A stretch of 63,525 bases of DNA, the filler included, from Phoronis australis (lineage: Eukaryota > Animalia > Phoronida): assembly GCA_002633005.1 (NCBI GenBank). It is 12 parts of 12 records of this genome, joined end to end, with 100 filler letters (N's around TTAATTAATTAA, not from the genome) between each part and the next. Parts side by side here need not be neighbours in the genome. Positions count along the whole stretch, not along the records: positions 28,730 to 40,758 come from NMRA01001207.1; positions 40,859 to 46,690 come from NMRA01001755.1; positions 46,791 to 52,486 come from NMRA01002289.1; 9 more parts are not named here. One strand, 5' to 3'. Shown here piece after piece: positions 37,121 through 50,623 of this stretch. Made by a program: the position numbers and the translations under genes. The first letter of the stretch is position 1. The number at the start of each line of letters is the position of its first letter. The notes below the pieces were generated by a model, which had not been told where the DNA came from, ran no database searches, and saw nothing but the letters and a program-made list of their open reading frames with translations.

Positions 37121-37277
37121 CTCTGCGCTTAAAAGCGCAGAATAGTGTTGTTCCTGGGTTACCTTCAATTTTATTCATATTACTCTGCGCGTGTAAGCGC
37201 AGAGTACTGTTGTTCCTGGGTTTTCTTCAATTTTATTCTTATTCTTCTTATTCTTCTTATTCTTCTTATTCTTCTTC
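37121..37277 (+). mobile_element. Doubled Helentron/HINE-like terminus with (TTATTCTTC)n microsatellite
   Basis: Hairpin CTCTGCGC-N6-GCGCAGA plus TGTTGTTCCTGGGTT occurs twice (37121, 37183), then the microsatellite. Confidence 0.55.
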
Positions 37278-38770
37278 CGACCAACTTTGAGGCTTAATAA
37301 CTCCAAATTGGGTGCAGGTACATTCTTTAAATTCAGCATATGACTTTTGACAGTACACAAAATTTGATTCGTTATATAATCATATTCCATATTGCACCGG
37401 AAGAGGTCATTTGGTACAAAGGTCATGTAATTTTCAAAATGCTGCTCCTTCTTTATTTTAAAACCTAATCTTTTCAAATGTGGTACACAGGTATAAGTAA
37501 ATAAGGCAATTTAAAAATTACTTTTCTAAGTAATCGGGTCATCCGATCAGGTTAAACAGGTCAAAGGTCATTAGGTGCAAACTAAGATTTTGAGCTAGAC
37601 ACTTCAAATTCACAGGTCTGATTGGCACAGGTAATTCAATTCGTGCCGTCTAGTATATGAACTGGTAAATGTGTAGTTTGACATCTTTCATGCAATATAA
37701 GATATTTTAAAACTTGTAAAATCTGCATGTTCGAGTCGCATCTGGCTGCCATATTAGATTTTTTGGATATCCAACTGCGAAAACTACTTACGAAAATTAG
37801 TTCTCGCACTCAAAAGCAAAAATTGTAATACATCGGATAAATTTGGGTTGAAAAAATAACAAAATAGGGTTTTTTGAAACTTGACCTTGCGGTCACACTG
37901 GATTATTACACATATTTGCAAGGTGATGATCACTTTAAAAAAGTTGTATTTAGTGAGTGGCGTTTTACTGTCAATTACTAATCTTTGTTCCGTCACTTCC
38001 ATGAACCCGGGACCTATAGCCTACATCGTCCGGATATTTATGAACTGACGTATTATCAAAATGATAAAAATAAACGAATTGATTTTAAAACTCCAATTAG
38101 GATAGCAAACATTCTATAATGAGCCTACAGCAGCTGAAGTGGAGATATTACTCTCTTTGAAGCGATTGATCATTTAATTGGCATAATCGGATTTCGACTG
38201 CGTTATTGCGACTGACCTGTGGCAGTGCTGTCACGTAAGAAAGCCAACGAAAACACAGTACTTAGCTCAACACAATTCGTAATTTTCATTATTTTCACAG
38301 TTTGACATCTAACCAGACTGAAATTCCATAGATTGACTTCTTAATCTCATGAAAATGAGATTGCCCCTGGCGTTGAAAAGCGATTCAGTACTCGCAAGAG
38401 TCACATTTTTAAGTAAGAAGATCACTGACCTTTGATCTTTCATTAACTGTTTCAGGTATTGCACTAACAGATCATAGACACAATGTCCCATTCAGTTATG
38501 CAATGTCATACATTTTTTAGTACAAAACTTTTTAAATACTCAATTGGTCTAGCTCGCGAATATTTCGTAAACTGTAATCCGACATCTAAACAGCGATGCA
38601 AGTGCCACCGATCCCCCTGCGGAAGCAGCACTTGCTGTACATAGCAACAGGGAAGAGCTTTTTCACACAGAGACTAGTAGAGAGTGTCCGATTTATGACG
38701 ATGTCAGCCTAAAGCCATCTGGAAGGCTGCTATCCGACGACACCCAATTGAAAACTAATGTGAAAAACTT

Positions 38771-40290
38771 GTAGTCGGAACATGGAATGTCAGGATACTA
38801 TATCATGCAGGCAGGCACACTAGACAATCTAATCAAATAAGCCAATATACTAAATATCGACATTCGTGGCATAGCAGAAACCAGATGGGAAGGAGAGGGA
38901 ACTATCACGAAAGATGGCTATATTTTCTCGTGTTATGGAGGTAAAAATCGTGAACATGGAGTTGGACTCCTATTCAGAAAAAAAATACAGAAATTCATCA
39001 TGGGTACATACCATGCCAGTGAACGTAATATTCTTATGAAAATAAAAGCAAAACCATTCAATTTAGCAATAATACAAACATATGCATCAACAAGTGAATA
39101 CTCAGATGAAAGCATAGAAATGCACTCCAAAATCTAATGAAAAAAGTCAAATCAACAGAGGTTCCAATTATAAGGGGTGACTTCAATGCGGAACAAAAGA
39201 TGCAATATTCTGCTTCAATATCTTAACACAAAAGCAAATTGAAGTCCAATAGGAAATCTAAACATGGTTTATTGACTACTCAAAAGCCTTCGACCGCGTC
39301 CATTACATAAAAATGATTGAATGCTTGGAGAAAATTGGAGTGGATGGAAAAGAAATCAGAATAATCACAAACCTATACTGGCATCAAAAATCAGCATTTA
39401 GGATCATGAATGAAAGATCAGAATATACATCCATTAAAAAAGGTGTGAGACTGGGCTATGCGTTATCTCCATATTTATTCAACATCTACACAGAATATCC
39501 AGGAATATATATTGATGGAAGAAATATTAACAACTTGCGTTACGCCAATGACACAGCACTCCTGGCAAGCCAAGCTGAAGACGTGCAGAACACACTGAGC
39601 ACTAATAAAGGAAGTACGTGAAGAATATGGGCGTGGCATGAACACCAAGAAAACAAAAGTAATGGTTATATCAAAAAACACCTCAGCAAATGTCGACATC
39701 AAAGTTGAAATAGAACAAGTAAATAGATTCAAATACCTTGGGCAAACTATAACAACAGATGGAAAATGTGAAACAGAAATAAGAGAACGAACTGGAATGG
39801 CCAAATCAGGATTTATGGAAATGAAAACGATACTAATATCAAGAAACATATCAATCACTCTCAGACTGCGACTCACAATATACATATATTCGATCCTTAT
39901 GTACGGATGTGAGACACGGACTCTCAATAAAACATTGGAAAGAAATATTAAAGCGTTTGAAAGGGGATATTCAGAAGGATCGGAAGAATAAGCTGGACTC
40001 AGAAAATGACCAATGAAGACTTGTGCAAATAACTAGGTGTCAAACGATCTCTTTTGTCCACCATCCAAAGTCGTAAATTGAACTACTTTGGGCACACGAC
40101 ACGACACGACAACATACAGAAAGACGTACTATATGGTCACATGGAAGGGAAAAGAGCAAGAGGACGACAACGATTTATGTGGAGAGATGACATCAAGACA
40201 TGGACAAGGTCAAGGATGACAGAATGCACCAGACTGGCAAACAACAGAGAGAGATGGAGGTCCATTTCACGTCGACGTCAAAAGAGATGA
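38771..40290 (+). mobile_element. RTE-clade LINE, decayed and internally deleted
   Basis: Endonuclease motifs VGTWNVR, IAETRW, HGVG, GDFNA; RT motifs FIDYSKAFDRV, LSPYLFNIY, NNLRYAND; FKYLG; C-terminal YFGH...GKRARGR. Confidence 0.93.
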
Positions 40291-40858
40291 TGGTGAATCC
40301 GACATGTATTTGCTTTTGTTTAATATCATATATTCTTAGTCCATTCAACGGTGGCGGCCATTTTGCTAATGTATACCCAGATATCTACAAGTATACAGTC
40401 AATGTTCTAACAATATTCACTTTTTTGTTATTTGAGGATTTTAGATAAAGTGGGAGCATTGCACGTCACTGATTTTTTACATATAATGAAGTTCATGGCA
40501 CTTTGGCAGAAATCCTAGTATTATTTGGGCAAATACCATTCTACATCCTTTCAACCTTCATATCCAACTGCTAGTTAGATTTTTACTGTTGTAATCGTCA
40601 ACATCATTCGTCCTTTATCTTTCTGTGGTGTCTTGTGATTTGTCAGTTTTATGGTTCCCCGGATGCTTCTTTTATTTAAACTGCTGGCGGGAACCCTGCT
40701 GGCAGTCTTTCAGCAAGCAATCAGGATGTCAGGGATGGGCACCTGGATTGGGTTTTACNNNNNNNNNNNNNNNNNNNNNNNNNNNNNNNNNNNNNNNNNN
40801 NNTTAATTAATTAANNNNNNNNNNNNNNNNNNNNNNNNNNNNNNNNNNNNNNNNNNNN

Positions 40859-41205
40859 CCAGTGTTCAATATGGAATCCCAGTCAGTGTTGGTGATATCC
40901 TGACGCAGTTTATCGGTGTCGACCTGATCATATTTCCAGTTGGTTCGAGTGGTGTGTTGCTCTTTAACCGGTTTTTTAAGTGTTAGAGTGGTTTCGATAG
41001 TGTGGTGATCAGAATTGCCAACAGGAGGTAGTACAGAACATGAGTCAATGATACTCAAATTGTTTGTTATACACAGGTCAATACATGAATGAGAAACGTC
41101 GGTGATACGGGTTGGCTCATTAATTAGTTGTATGCAGTCATTAGACAATAAAATATCAAACAATTGTAGTCCAGCCGTATTGTCATGATCATCATTGTAC
41201 CATGT
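40859..41205 (-). mobile_element. CR1/L2-type LINE endonuclease fragment
   Basis: QLINEPTRIT...CIDLCITN...SDHHTI...WKYD...DWD. Confidence 0.85.
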
Positions 41206-41209
41206 AGAG

Positions 41210-42024
41210 TTTAGTATTGTTAAAGCAGAGGCGTCAAGACAAACTGTCACCAAGTTTCGAATCGACTCCATACAAGGTGACTCAAAAGACTGGTAACTCT
41301 GTCATTATTGAGGGGGAAGATGGTGTCCAAAAGATGAGAAACTCTGCCCATTTGAAGAAGTATGTTCCTGATTCAGTAGAATCCAAAGTTCCTGAGGTTG
41401 TTTCCAATGAGAATTTGCCTATTATTGAGGATGCTGTGGTACCTGAAACGACCTCCATTTCCCCGTCTCAGTCAGAACCGTCTTCTGAGCAGGTGTCCTC
41501 TGAAACTCCGACACTTCGTAGATCTTTCCGTGCCCGTCACAGTCAGAACCTTCTTCTGAGCAAGTGTCCTCTGACACTCCTACACATCGTAGGTCATCCC
41601 GTGTCCCTTTGATGCCAAAACACCTTAGTGACTATGTGTTTTCCCAGTTAAAACTAAAAATGTTTCACGTTGTAGTTCCAGTTGATTAGTCAGTAAAAAA
41701 ACTAGTTGTTAACTACTGCATCTATTTTACAAATGATTTTAATTTCTGAAATATTTCCATCTCTTGCTAACTTGACTTTATAATCATAGAGCTTGTTTAA
41801 AAAATCTATGTTAATGTTTTGTTGTTTGATAAGTTTCTGCTTTAAAGTATGAAGTGTTTTTCTTAAATAAGTTGGTGGGAGATGTAGTGTTTGTGACTAC
41901 ATCCGGGTTATTGTGAATCCTAGTTTGAGTGATGGGGATATGTGGCAAGATGGCTGAATAGAAAGTTCACTTTATCAGAGACTTGTTTTTATTAGAGAAT
42001 CCGACAATCAGAAATCACAAAACA
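41210..42024 (+). mobile_element. Gypsy LTR retrotransposon 3' end (integrase tail, polypurine tract, short LTR)
   Basis: KLSPSFESTPYKV...RNSAHLKKY...PKHLSDYV; purine-rich GGTGGGAGA followed by a TG...CA segment at 41883-42024. Confidence 0.75.
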
Positions 42025-42254
42025 TCCTGAAAATCAACATGTTGAGATTGTCCAACCCCATTCTCCTAGATATAGATCAGTTTCTGGGACAAATAAGCCA
42101 ATTAGATAAAATTTAGAAGTTTTACGTTCCAAACTAGCATTGGGTCTCACTTGCTGTGTAAGTGTACATTTATAGTCAGTAGATAGTTCTTGTTATTCTG
42201 CTCGTTTTTAGCACCCACTTATTTATAGGTGGGTGCATATTGCCGTCATCTCTC

Positions 42255-43200
42255 TCCAGGCGTCTGATATCCACGGCTGTGTCTCCTAAACACGGCCCTT
42301 GCAAGAACTTATTGAAATGTGGCAGGTGTGTTCCTATGTGGCTGACAACAGATGATGATGAGTTTTGGACCAACCCGATTACCACTGTGTCCCTTAGTGG
42401 CAATTTATTTTTATACGTTTGCCTCTGTGTCTTTAGAGTTCCTTCATGGATTTTCATGAATTTCTGTAAATAGGTTTTTGATGTGGAGGCGATGATGTCA
42501 TTTCATTTTCGGACAGATTTGATGAATTTTAAGTCACTTTGTGGACATTTTTGTTATTTTTGCTTCTGTTTCCTGGCGTCCGCCTCTCTATCTGCCATGC
42601 TGCTCAAAGGATCGTTCTAAAAATTTACTGATGTTTTGCTGATGAGAAGGCCACAACCGAGGTTGACTTTCGGACGGGTCTGACTACTGTGTCGCCTCCT
42701 AGTGACAAGTTTATTTTTTTGCATCTGCGGTCAAATATCCTTAACCCTTTTAATGAGTTTTGTGAAATTTGAAAGATGTATTCTTATGGAGCCGTTGACA
42801 AATGGAAACGAGTGTCAAACTGATCTAGAAACTACTGTGCACCCTTAAGTAGCGAAATGTTTTTTATGTTTACCTCTGTATCGTTGGAGTTCATGAATGC
42901 ATTTTCATGAATGCATTTTCATGAAATTCGACACATTGGTTTCTGTTATAGAGTCCACAATGCCAACCAAGTTTCGATAGATTTGATGTTGTCTGCGCCA
43001 TCTGGTGGCCATTAACAAATTTTCGCATGTGTTTTTGACATTTGCCTCTCTATCTGCCAAACCACGCAAAAGATGATTATGAATTTGCGGTTGTGTTCCT
43101 GATGCAAAGACCCTGTGTGATGTTGATAACAGGATGTTTTTGACTATTAATCTGGTGCCCTTTAGGGGCAATGTTGGCTTCTTTTAATGAAATTTGGCAA
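42255..43200 (-). repeat. Satellite array of the GCCACTAGGG family, reverse orientation
   Basis: Cores at ~42380, 42683, 42831, 42993 and 43152. Confidence 0.65.
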
Positions 43201-43822
43201 AATAGTTGTGTTTTTACAGAGAAGACACCACTTTCTCTATTCAGATTGGATTTCACTGTTAGGTACTGGTCTAGTCATTTTAGTTGAATTGTCATTACGT
43301 ATTTAGAACCCGAATAGGCTGAAACAATGTTGTATGGCCTGCAGTAGGTGGAGTCATTAGATTGTCCTAGCACTGAGCACTCCAATGTGCGGAATACTCT
43401 GGATTTGGTCATCCTACTGGTGCCTGTAAGGCTCGCTGAAGTTAAGGTGTGTGATTCTGATTAAAACATAGATGGTTGCCTTAAGTACATTTAAGGCCTT
43501 TGTAGGTTTGAGTAAGAAATTTGAAAAAGCATTGTTTCTGTCGGTTTCCTGGTAGCCTGAGTGTAATGTTCCAGAGGTATCATCCTGTTTCAGTTGGGGA
43601 CAGGTTGATCGAATTAACATTGGTCAGTTATTGTTGAGGGAAATGTGTTAATTATTACCATTTAAGTGTGGCACCATTGTGTTATGTAGCAGTAGACCTG
43701 TTTTATCATCCATGCAATGGTTGATACTTTACTGTCAGATAAGATTTAAAATGATTGAGATTCTTATAGTCAATTAACTGGAGACCTGTAACCATGACAA
43801 CGGCCCCGGTTGTAGTTGAGGT

Positions 43823-43945
43823 ATGCAAATTGGCTTTGTTGCTAAAACTATTACCATGGTAATTGGTAATTACCAGTTTAAGGGTTCTGTTTACATACCA
43901 CCAATTGAGGAGGAAATGATTTTAAGGATTGATTTTCTGCTTCAG
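43823..43945 (+). pseudogene. Retroelement aspartic protease remnant
   Basis: VYIPPIEEEMILRIDFL resembles the Gypsy protease ILGxDFL region. Confidence 0.4.
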
Positions 43946-45070
43946 AGTAAGATTGTAAAGTTGGACCTAAGGTTGGTTGTGTTTTCTGGACATCCTTTAA
44001 TGTTTCTTTGTTGGGCTATCTCATTTCCATTTCCATTTCGCCTAACTCTTGTGCATGAATTATTACGTAGACTTGTTTACAAAGTCCTTGCAATTACGTT
44101 TGTAGTAGTTTCTGTAACTGAGGCTCCACTGGTGGCTTAGAAGCATTATATTTTCACTCAGGAGTTTGGTGTTTAATTTGTCAGATGACGGTCCTGGATC
44201 GAAGTGAGCAGCGCCAGTCAACTTTTGCAGAACTATATTAATCGTACCTAGAAGGATTGATTTGGCAGTCTGTTCTAGCATATTTGGATGATGTTTTGGT
44301 AATGTCACAGTTGGATGTAGAATCATCTAGAAAATGTGGCTGACCTGTTGCTGTGATGGACCTTCTGTAAGTTGGCAGGCAGACAACTGGAGGGTTAGAA
44401 AACCTGGGGAGTCCTTCCGCTTGATGGCCCTTTATTGTACTTTAATCTGACAATGTTCAAGTAAGGGTTGATTTCATTTTTCGTCTTATTTGTGGATGAA
44501 AACTAAGTCAATATTTGAATTCCTCAAACAATTTGAATATGCAGTGTTTCTACCTCAAAAGTTAGCCAAGTTTTGTGGGAGATAGATCTATGTAATTTAT
44601 ATCAGCTGCTTTGATTGTCTGTCCAAAAGTTCCACTAACTGATCAGACCTATATGTAATTACCTAGATGTTTAAATTATTACCCACTCCTGGAAAGGCCC
44701 ATTCAGATCGTTAATAATAGTGTGTCCTAAGGCCCTTTCATACCTAAGTGTTGACAAGTCTCGATGCTTTGGGGAGTTGCGGTCAGTTAAGGGTTAACTT
44801 CTCAGTCCTGGATCGAAGTTAGCAGCACGTCCAGTTAATTTTGCAATTAACAGGTGGATTTAACAGTGGAGCGTCGACAATGCGGTGCCGTATGAACAGT
44901 CTGCTTTGGTCCCATTGAAGTTATCGCCAGGGGCAGCTGTTATTGTCAACAATTAAAGGGTAGTTTAATCACGAACAGTTGCTTATATTTTGCTTGAATA
45001 ATCACCAATTGAATTAGAAATAGGTTTATGTCAATTAGCGTATGTAAATTTTCCTTAATTGTCACATTAA

Positions 45071-45420
45071 CAAGGCTTGGAACTTTCCGCGGAAATGCGG
45101 ATTTCCGCTTTTTTCAAAGGTTCTGTCCGCGTATTTTATTATATTTCCGCGTAAATAAATCGGATATGATATAAAATTTCTGTGGCAAATTTCTTTATTA
45201 CCGCGGCGTTGCCGACGACTTTCACCTCGAAAAGCGGAAGTTGCTCTTTATGTTTCGTAGGAACGTAAATTGTCAACATTGCCGGGGCATCTGGGATAGC
45301 GTGGTGGATTTTACAATGGCGTCTTGTGTAATTGTAAACCGCGGTGACAAATACTACGACTCTGCAGCCAAAAATGTATGGAGGTGGGAGAGGACGGACG
45401 AGCTAAAAAGACGCAGACGC
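45071..45420 (+). mobile_element. Possible 5' end of a hAT-like element
   Basis: CAAGGCTTGGAAC terminus-like start with repeated TTTCCGC motifs, then MASC...AKNVWRWE; no partner TIR found. Confidence 0.3.
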
Positions 45421-45779
45421 TCGCTTCTGGCGGTGGTACCGTTTTTTTTCTTAGTCCTCCCGATTTTTGTCGGCAAAAGGTCCACATCGACTATTTCAAG
45501 GCTGGGAAGCGCGCATGTTTTGAGACGCAAAAATCTCCGCTCTTTTGTCATTGGTCATTCCAAGCCTCCATTGAATAAATCGGCGTTACCTTGTGATTAC
45601 TTCGGTGACAACACCGTCACCTACTATTTACTTCGATGTCCGAAAAGTACCGAAGCCAGTATCAACGGTTCAGTTAAACTTCGCAGTTTACGTCGATGCC
45701 TGCTCAGACCAGAGTAAAGTCAGTGTGAAAGGGCCTCAAATGTTCTGAAGTTCCTAAATTCCCTTCACTGTCAATAGCA

Positions 45780-46468
45780 TTATGAGGCTATTTCTCGTTT
45801 CCGTCATTTTGGCTCTAACCTAAGAAACGTATTTTGCTCCTGGAATTTGTGGAATTTGTGAAATTTCGAGTATGTGTGATTGATGGAAATGGTCAGTCAT
45901 TTGGTAACGATCGTATTGAAGTTGTCTAGGATTGGCGTCGCCTGAGGAACAAGAAAGATGCTCAAAAAGTTCTAGTCTTTGTCGACAGACGCTTTATGGA
46001 GAACTTTGCGTCTATTGCAATCACTGGTCATGTAGATTTTGAGTGGTTGGATAAACATGAGCTTGCCTATGCTCAAGTTTGCTTAGATTTGCCAACATTG
46101 GATGGCTTTTTCGTATTAGACACACATGCTTCGGAGTTTGCTGTTGGCCGGTGCTAACCTATTTCGAATTCAGGCTTGGGAAGTAAAGCTTGTAGCCTAT
46201 GCTTGTTTTGCCCTTACTCCCGAACAGCGCAGTATTGCACTACTTCCAAGGAGTTACTGGCAATTGTGAAGTTCACCAGGCAGTTTCGCCATCTATTGTT
46301 AGGTCCTACTTTCAAGGTGCCAACTGATCATTGTTAAGTCTGCAATGGTTTAACAATTATCGTTCGCGAAGTCAACTTAAGTGGGGTGAAGAGCTTAGTA
46401 TATTAGTACTATACGATATAAGGATAACTTATTGTCCTCGTGCAAAGCATGGCAATGCAGAAGCGTGT
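45780..46468 (+). pseudogene. Gypsy RT-connection/RNase H remnant
   Basis: Hand translation: FVLDTHASEFA, VAYA, YCTTSKELLAIVKFTRQFRHLLLGPTFKVPTDH, RAKHGNA. Confidence 0.85.
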
Positions 46469-47561
46469 TCAATAGAGTGAGCGCCCGCGAGCGGTTTGAG
46501 CGCCCTCGTCCTGAACAGCTGTGTTTACGTTAGCGCTCTCGAGCGTTCGCAAACAACCTCGAGAGCAAGTACGCTTAGATTTCCAAGATGGCGTCTTGCA
46601 AAAGCTTCACGTCTGCAACATATGAACCCATTATGGTTCTGCAACACGAAAACTAACCTCAAAAGTTGACCGATTTTTTTGTGCTACAAANNNNNNNNNN
46701 NNNNNNNNNNNNNNNNNNNNNNNNNNNNNNNNNNTTAATTAATTAANNNNNNNNNNNNNNNNNNNNNNNNNNNNNNNNNNNNNNNNNNNNGAACTAAATT
46801 TCCCAAAAATGAAAAAATAATAAATTTTTATTATCAATTCATCAACCTCACATACTTGAGGGTGATGCAATAAATTTCCAGTACTGTGCAATCCAACAGT
46901 AAACACGACTCAACAATAGCAAGTAAACAAATCGCCAGTCTGTGAACTGACAGCAGGCGTCACAATTAATTTTCTGATTGTTAGCCAGAGTTGTTTTAAT
47001 CACGTGCACTTAAAGTCCAAGTCAGACGACACACTCCGACACTAATGAACTAAACACTTACGTGCATTGGGTCGCTATAGTAACGCTTGTTATGCCTGTC
47101 ACCACTGTGTTTCAAGGTAGGAGACTGAAAACAAGACAACAATTAATAATCCATAACAGTACACTGTTCATAGATTGGGACCGGTCTTGTACTCGTACCA
47201 CTCAGCTGTATGGCACACACTTCCACCAAAAATTAAATCTTCTTTCACTTTTCAGAGGCTAACAGCATCGCTATGAATGCTAGAAATTTCCCAAAACAGC
47301 TACACATTGGAACTAACAATAACATGTTTAATACTTGGTGTTACTAATATCTTTTATGAAAAATGACGAAACGAGATGTCCCACAACCGAAATGTGCTCT
47401 AAACTGTCGACATTTTACCATAGGCAAACCCCATGGGAAATGTTTCATAAATAACAACGGATGGAAAACTCGCAAGAGTAAGACACTCAATAAACAAACC
47501 AAAAATAATCAGACAAAAATGATCCGGAGTTCCCCGCCATGACAACTGGGCAGAAGACAAA

Positions 47562-47631
47562 CTCAATGTCAGACTAGACTTCCCTCAATGTCAGACTAGA
47601 CTTCCCTCAATGTCAGACTAGATTTCCCTCA
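47562..47631. repeat. 22-bp minisatellite, 3 copies
   Basis: CTCAATGTCAGACTAGACTTCC in tandem with no spacers. Confidence 0.95.
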
Positions 47632-48439
47632 TGACCGAGGACTAAGAGTAATTAACAAGACAGTAAGTAATCTGGCAAGGCCATTCTGCTATTAGAATTT
47701 TGCCCCCACAATAGTTAGTGCCAGTCACTTTTGCTGTTCACAAAATTATCTGTCATGACAGGATAATGCTATTTTGTCTTGTACTGGAAGTTCTATGGTA
47801 TGGCTGTTCTTGCGTTTTCACTTGGCCCATTCAAACAAGTCAGACTTTCATTTACTCGGATGAAATCTAGCCGTCTGGTTGAGCCTGACCTATGCTAGAC
47901 AACTTTTAATGTATTGCCAGAATTGTCAGTGTCTAATTTCAAAGTGGAGCCTCGATACTAACACACAAATTTTAGTCAAATATTGTTTCACGACACCTGC
48001 ACAACCTTGAGTGAACCTGCCTCCCGTTCAATAACACTTAAGGACCTCACTAAAAAGCAAGACTTCACGAGATTATGTGAGATAGTGCCGTGTATTTTCA
48101 ATGAGAACACGTGGTTCTGGCTAGATTTTAGCTAAGTCCTAGCATAGGTCCTAGCGCTGCTGAATGTATGCCTGGACTTTTATTATCATTCAAAAGTTTG
48201 CCAACATGAAATTACACCTATTTGTCTCATGGCAGCATAAATTTTAATTTCTCTTCAGTGCAATGGCAATACATTTATAGAAGGGAAAATGGCGAACACC
48301 TGGGAGTAAACACAAAAACCACAAAAATGTAATTTTCATTTGTTGCCATGGAAACTACTAAACAATAGTGAACAATACAGTTACTTGGTTTCAGCATGAA
48401 GCACCTACCAGTCATAAGTGAATATCTGACCATACATAC

Positions 48440-50623
48440 CAGGGCTCGACATAACGAGCTGCAGGTCGCATTTGCGACCTGAAATTTGGAAATGCGAGCT
48501 GAGATTTTTGTCAGCTCGTATAAAGTCGCAAAATGCGACCTGGAATTTCCAACGAATGCGAGCTGAGTTTTTACACTTCTCAACAGATACCTGGCAAATA
48601 CAAAGCAGCTCTTGTTAATCCGACCGTTATTTGGTTGTTGCCAAATACAAGTTCAAAAGAACACTAACCGAGAACAGGCCTGCCGATGACTTGTAAGCAA
48701 GTCGCGTGAACATGGGATATGAAGAATCGATCTTTGACGCGTTTCATTGGCTAACACTTTCGGCCACTTTTGTAAATTCCCGGATTCGCCGAAGAAAGTT
48801 TCGGGCCACTGCTTACACGTGATAACACTTCACAAAACAACAGTGTTTCTATTAATTCTTAAGCGATCAACTTACCAAACTTTGTGGTGGACAAAAATGC
48901 TTATTTTTCACATAAGATGTCCTTATTACATGTACCAAACATCCACGACAATATCCCTGATATCGCACTGCGGCACCGTTAGCGCGCAAGCGGTCCCGGC
49001 AGACAATCGTGACTTAGACTGAGATGTGCTTCTCCTTTTATCGTATTAAGACAGCCAAAGTGAAAATGACAACCTTATTAATCGCCAAACGACGGTCACG
49101 TCTTTACTTTCAGTTGCCAAGAAATTCTCAAACCCTTTACTTGTTTCTGGGGCTACGTGCGCGAAATATGATTGTCTTTCACACATTGTTGCCAACGTAA
49201 AGTGTAGGCCTACTCCAACGATTCAAGTGCGTGAACTCACGCGTGCGCACCACTTCAAAGAACAGCGACAGTCCTAAATGAAAGAGTATACCGGCTTGGC
49301 TCTGGTTTATTTGAAAATGAACTCAGTTTCCCAGCGGTTATAAAAGACCCGATGTCCCGGGACCGATATAACCCAGAACTAACGTTATCCTGTTCCGATG
49401 TTTCCCGAGGTCGATGTTCTGTAAACCCTGTATTCTATGCCCGTAGCCAGCTATTGCAACTAAACTGGCACTAGATGCGAAATTGTGGTTCAAGTTAGCG
49501 AACTTTTCATTCTTCTCTTTATACACCCCCCGGCAACTTTTCGCTCCCCGAACCACCTTCGCCGTAAAATGTTCAGACTCCTATAGAAACAACCTTGTTC
49601 CGGCTGAAGCGGGCAGTTAAAAAAATCATTCCGGGTGGCTAAAAAGGGTACAATGTAGGTGGTAACGATATCCAGAAAGTCACCCCTACCAGATGGAGTT
49701 TGCCTCGCAAAATCGTATTATTATAACGTTTCTTACCATTGCAGCGTTTTAATATCTTATTACCGCAAACACTGAGGTTAACGACTATGCTCACGCACAA
49801 GCCTACTCCCTACCTCTAAAGTGTTTCATAATAAGCGCTCACTGATCTATTAAAAGTTCCCCCTGAAATTTTGAGAATTTCCAATTAAACGCCCACAGTT
49901 CAAGCTAGCGCCCATCATTGCGCACTACAAACGACCGCGTGTGGTTTAAAATTGACACGCAGCTTATATGGTGTGTGTCAGTTTCATTTTACACAACTTC
50001 AGTTTTCAAAAACGTCTTTTCACAATATGTAAAAACCAAATCTCGGCTTTGTTTTATACGTCGGAAAGAAAGTTAACACTAGTGACGTGCGTGTCGTTTT
50101 GCGACTGACCTATTTTTTCCTGTACTTGGAAGGTATTGAAGAGCAAACTCGCGATTACCCGAGTTAGTTTGAATAGTTAACGACTTTGATGACGGCCAGT
50201 AGCAGACCAGATCTAACAAAATCCCAGATACTTTTTTCAACGGGCATTTTCTCCCTTTTCACTTCGCAAATTTAGCTACTCGAATGCACAAGTCAGTTAG
50301 AGAGCACTGATTCAACTTTCACACTGGCAACTTGCCTTGCGCTCTAGAAGCTTTCAATGGCGGTCGTGAAGAACAGTAAGGCCGTACCTGCATGAATGAA
50401 GTCAATTTTGAGATCCGAAATTTGTGAGCATTTAACGCTGCAGGTAAGAGCATAATCTAAACATTTTCTCGATGATCTAAAAAATCTATTTTGGCGCGTA
50501 AAAATGGCGGGAAAATTTTGCGACCTGGCATTTACGAATGCGAGCTGGATTTTGAAAATGCGACCTGGGATTTTGGCTAGGTCGCAAAATGCGACCTGGC
50601 GATTTTAATAGCGTCGAGCCCTG
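48440..50623. mobile_element. 2.18-kb non-autonomous DNA transposon with 5-bp TSD (hAT5-like)
   Basis: TIR CAGGGCTCGAC/GTCGAGCCCTG, TSD CATAC, subterminal AATGCGA(C/G)CTG arrays at both ends. Confidence 0.85.

Noticed and set aside
37175-37477. Lysine-rich protein ORF
   Set aside because: The KKNKKN run is the translated microsatellite.
38598-38660. HDV-like ribozyme in the RTE 5' leader
   Set aside because: A GCAAGTG/CACTTGC stem exists, but I could not build the L3, P1.1 and P2 pseudoknot elements.
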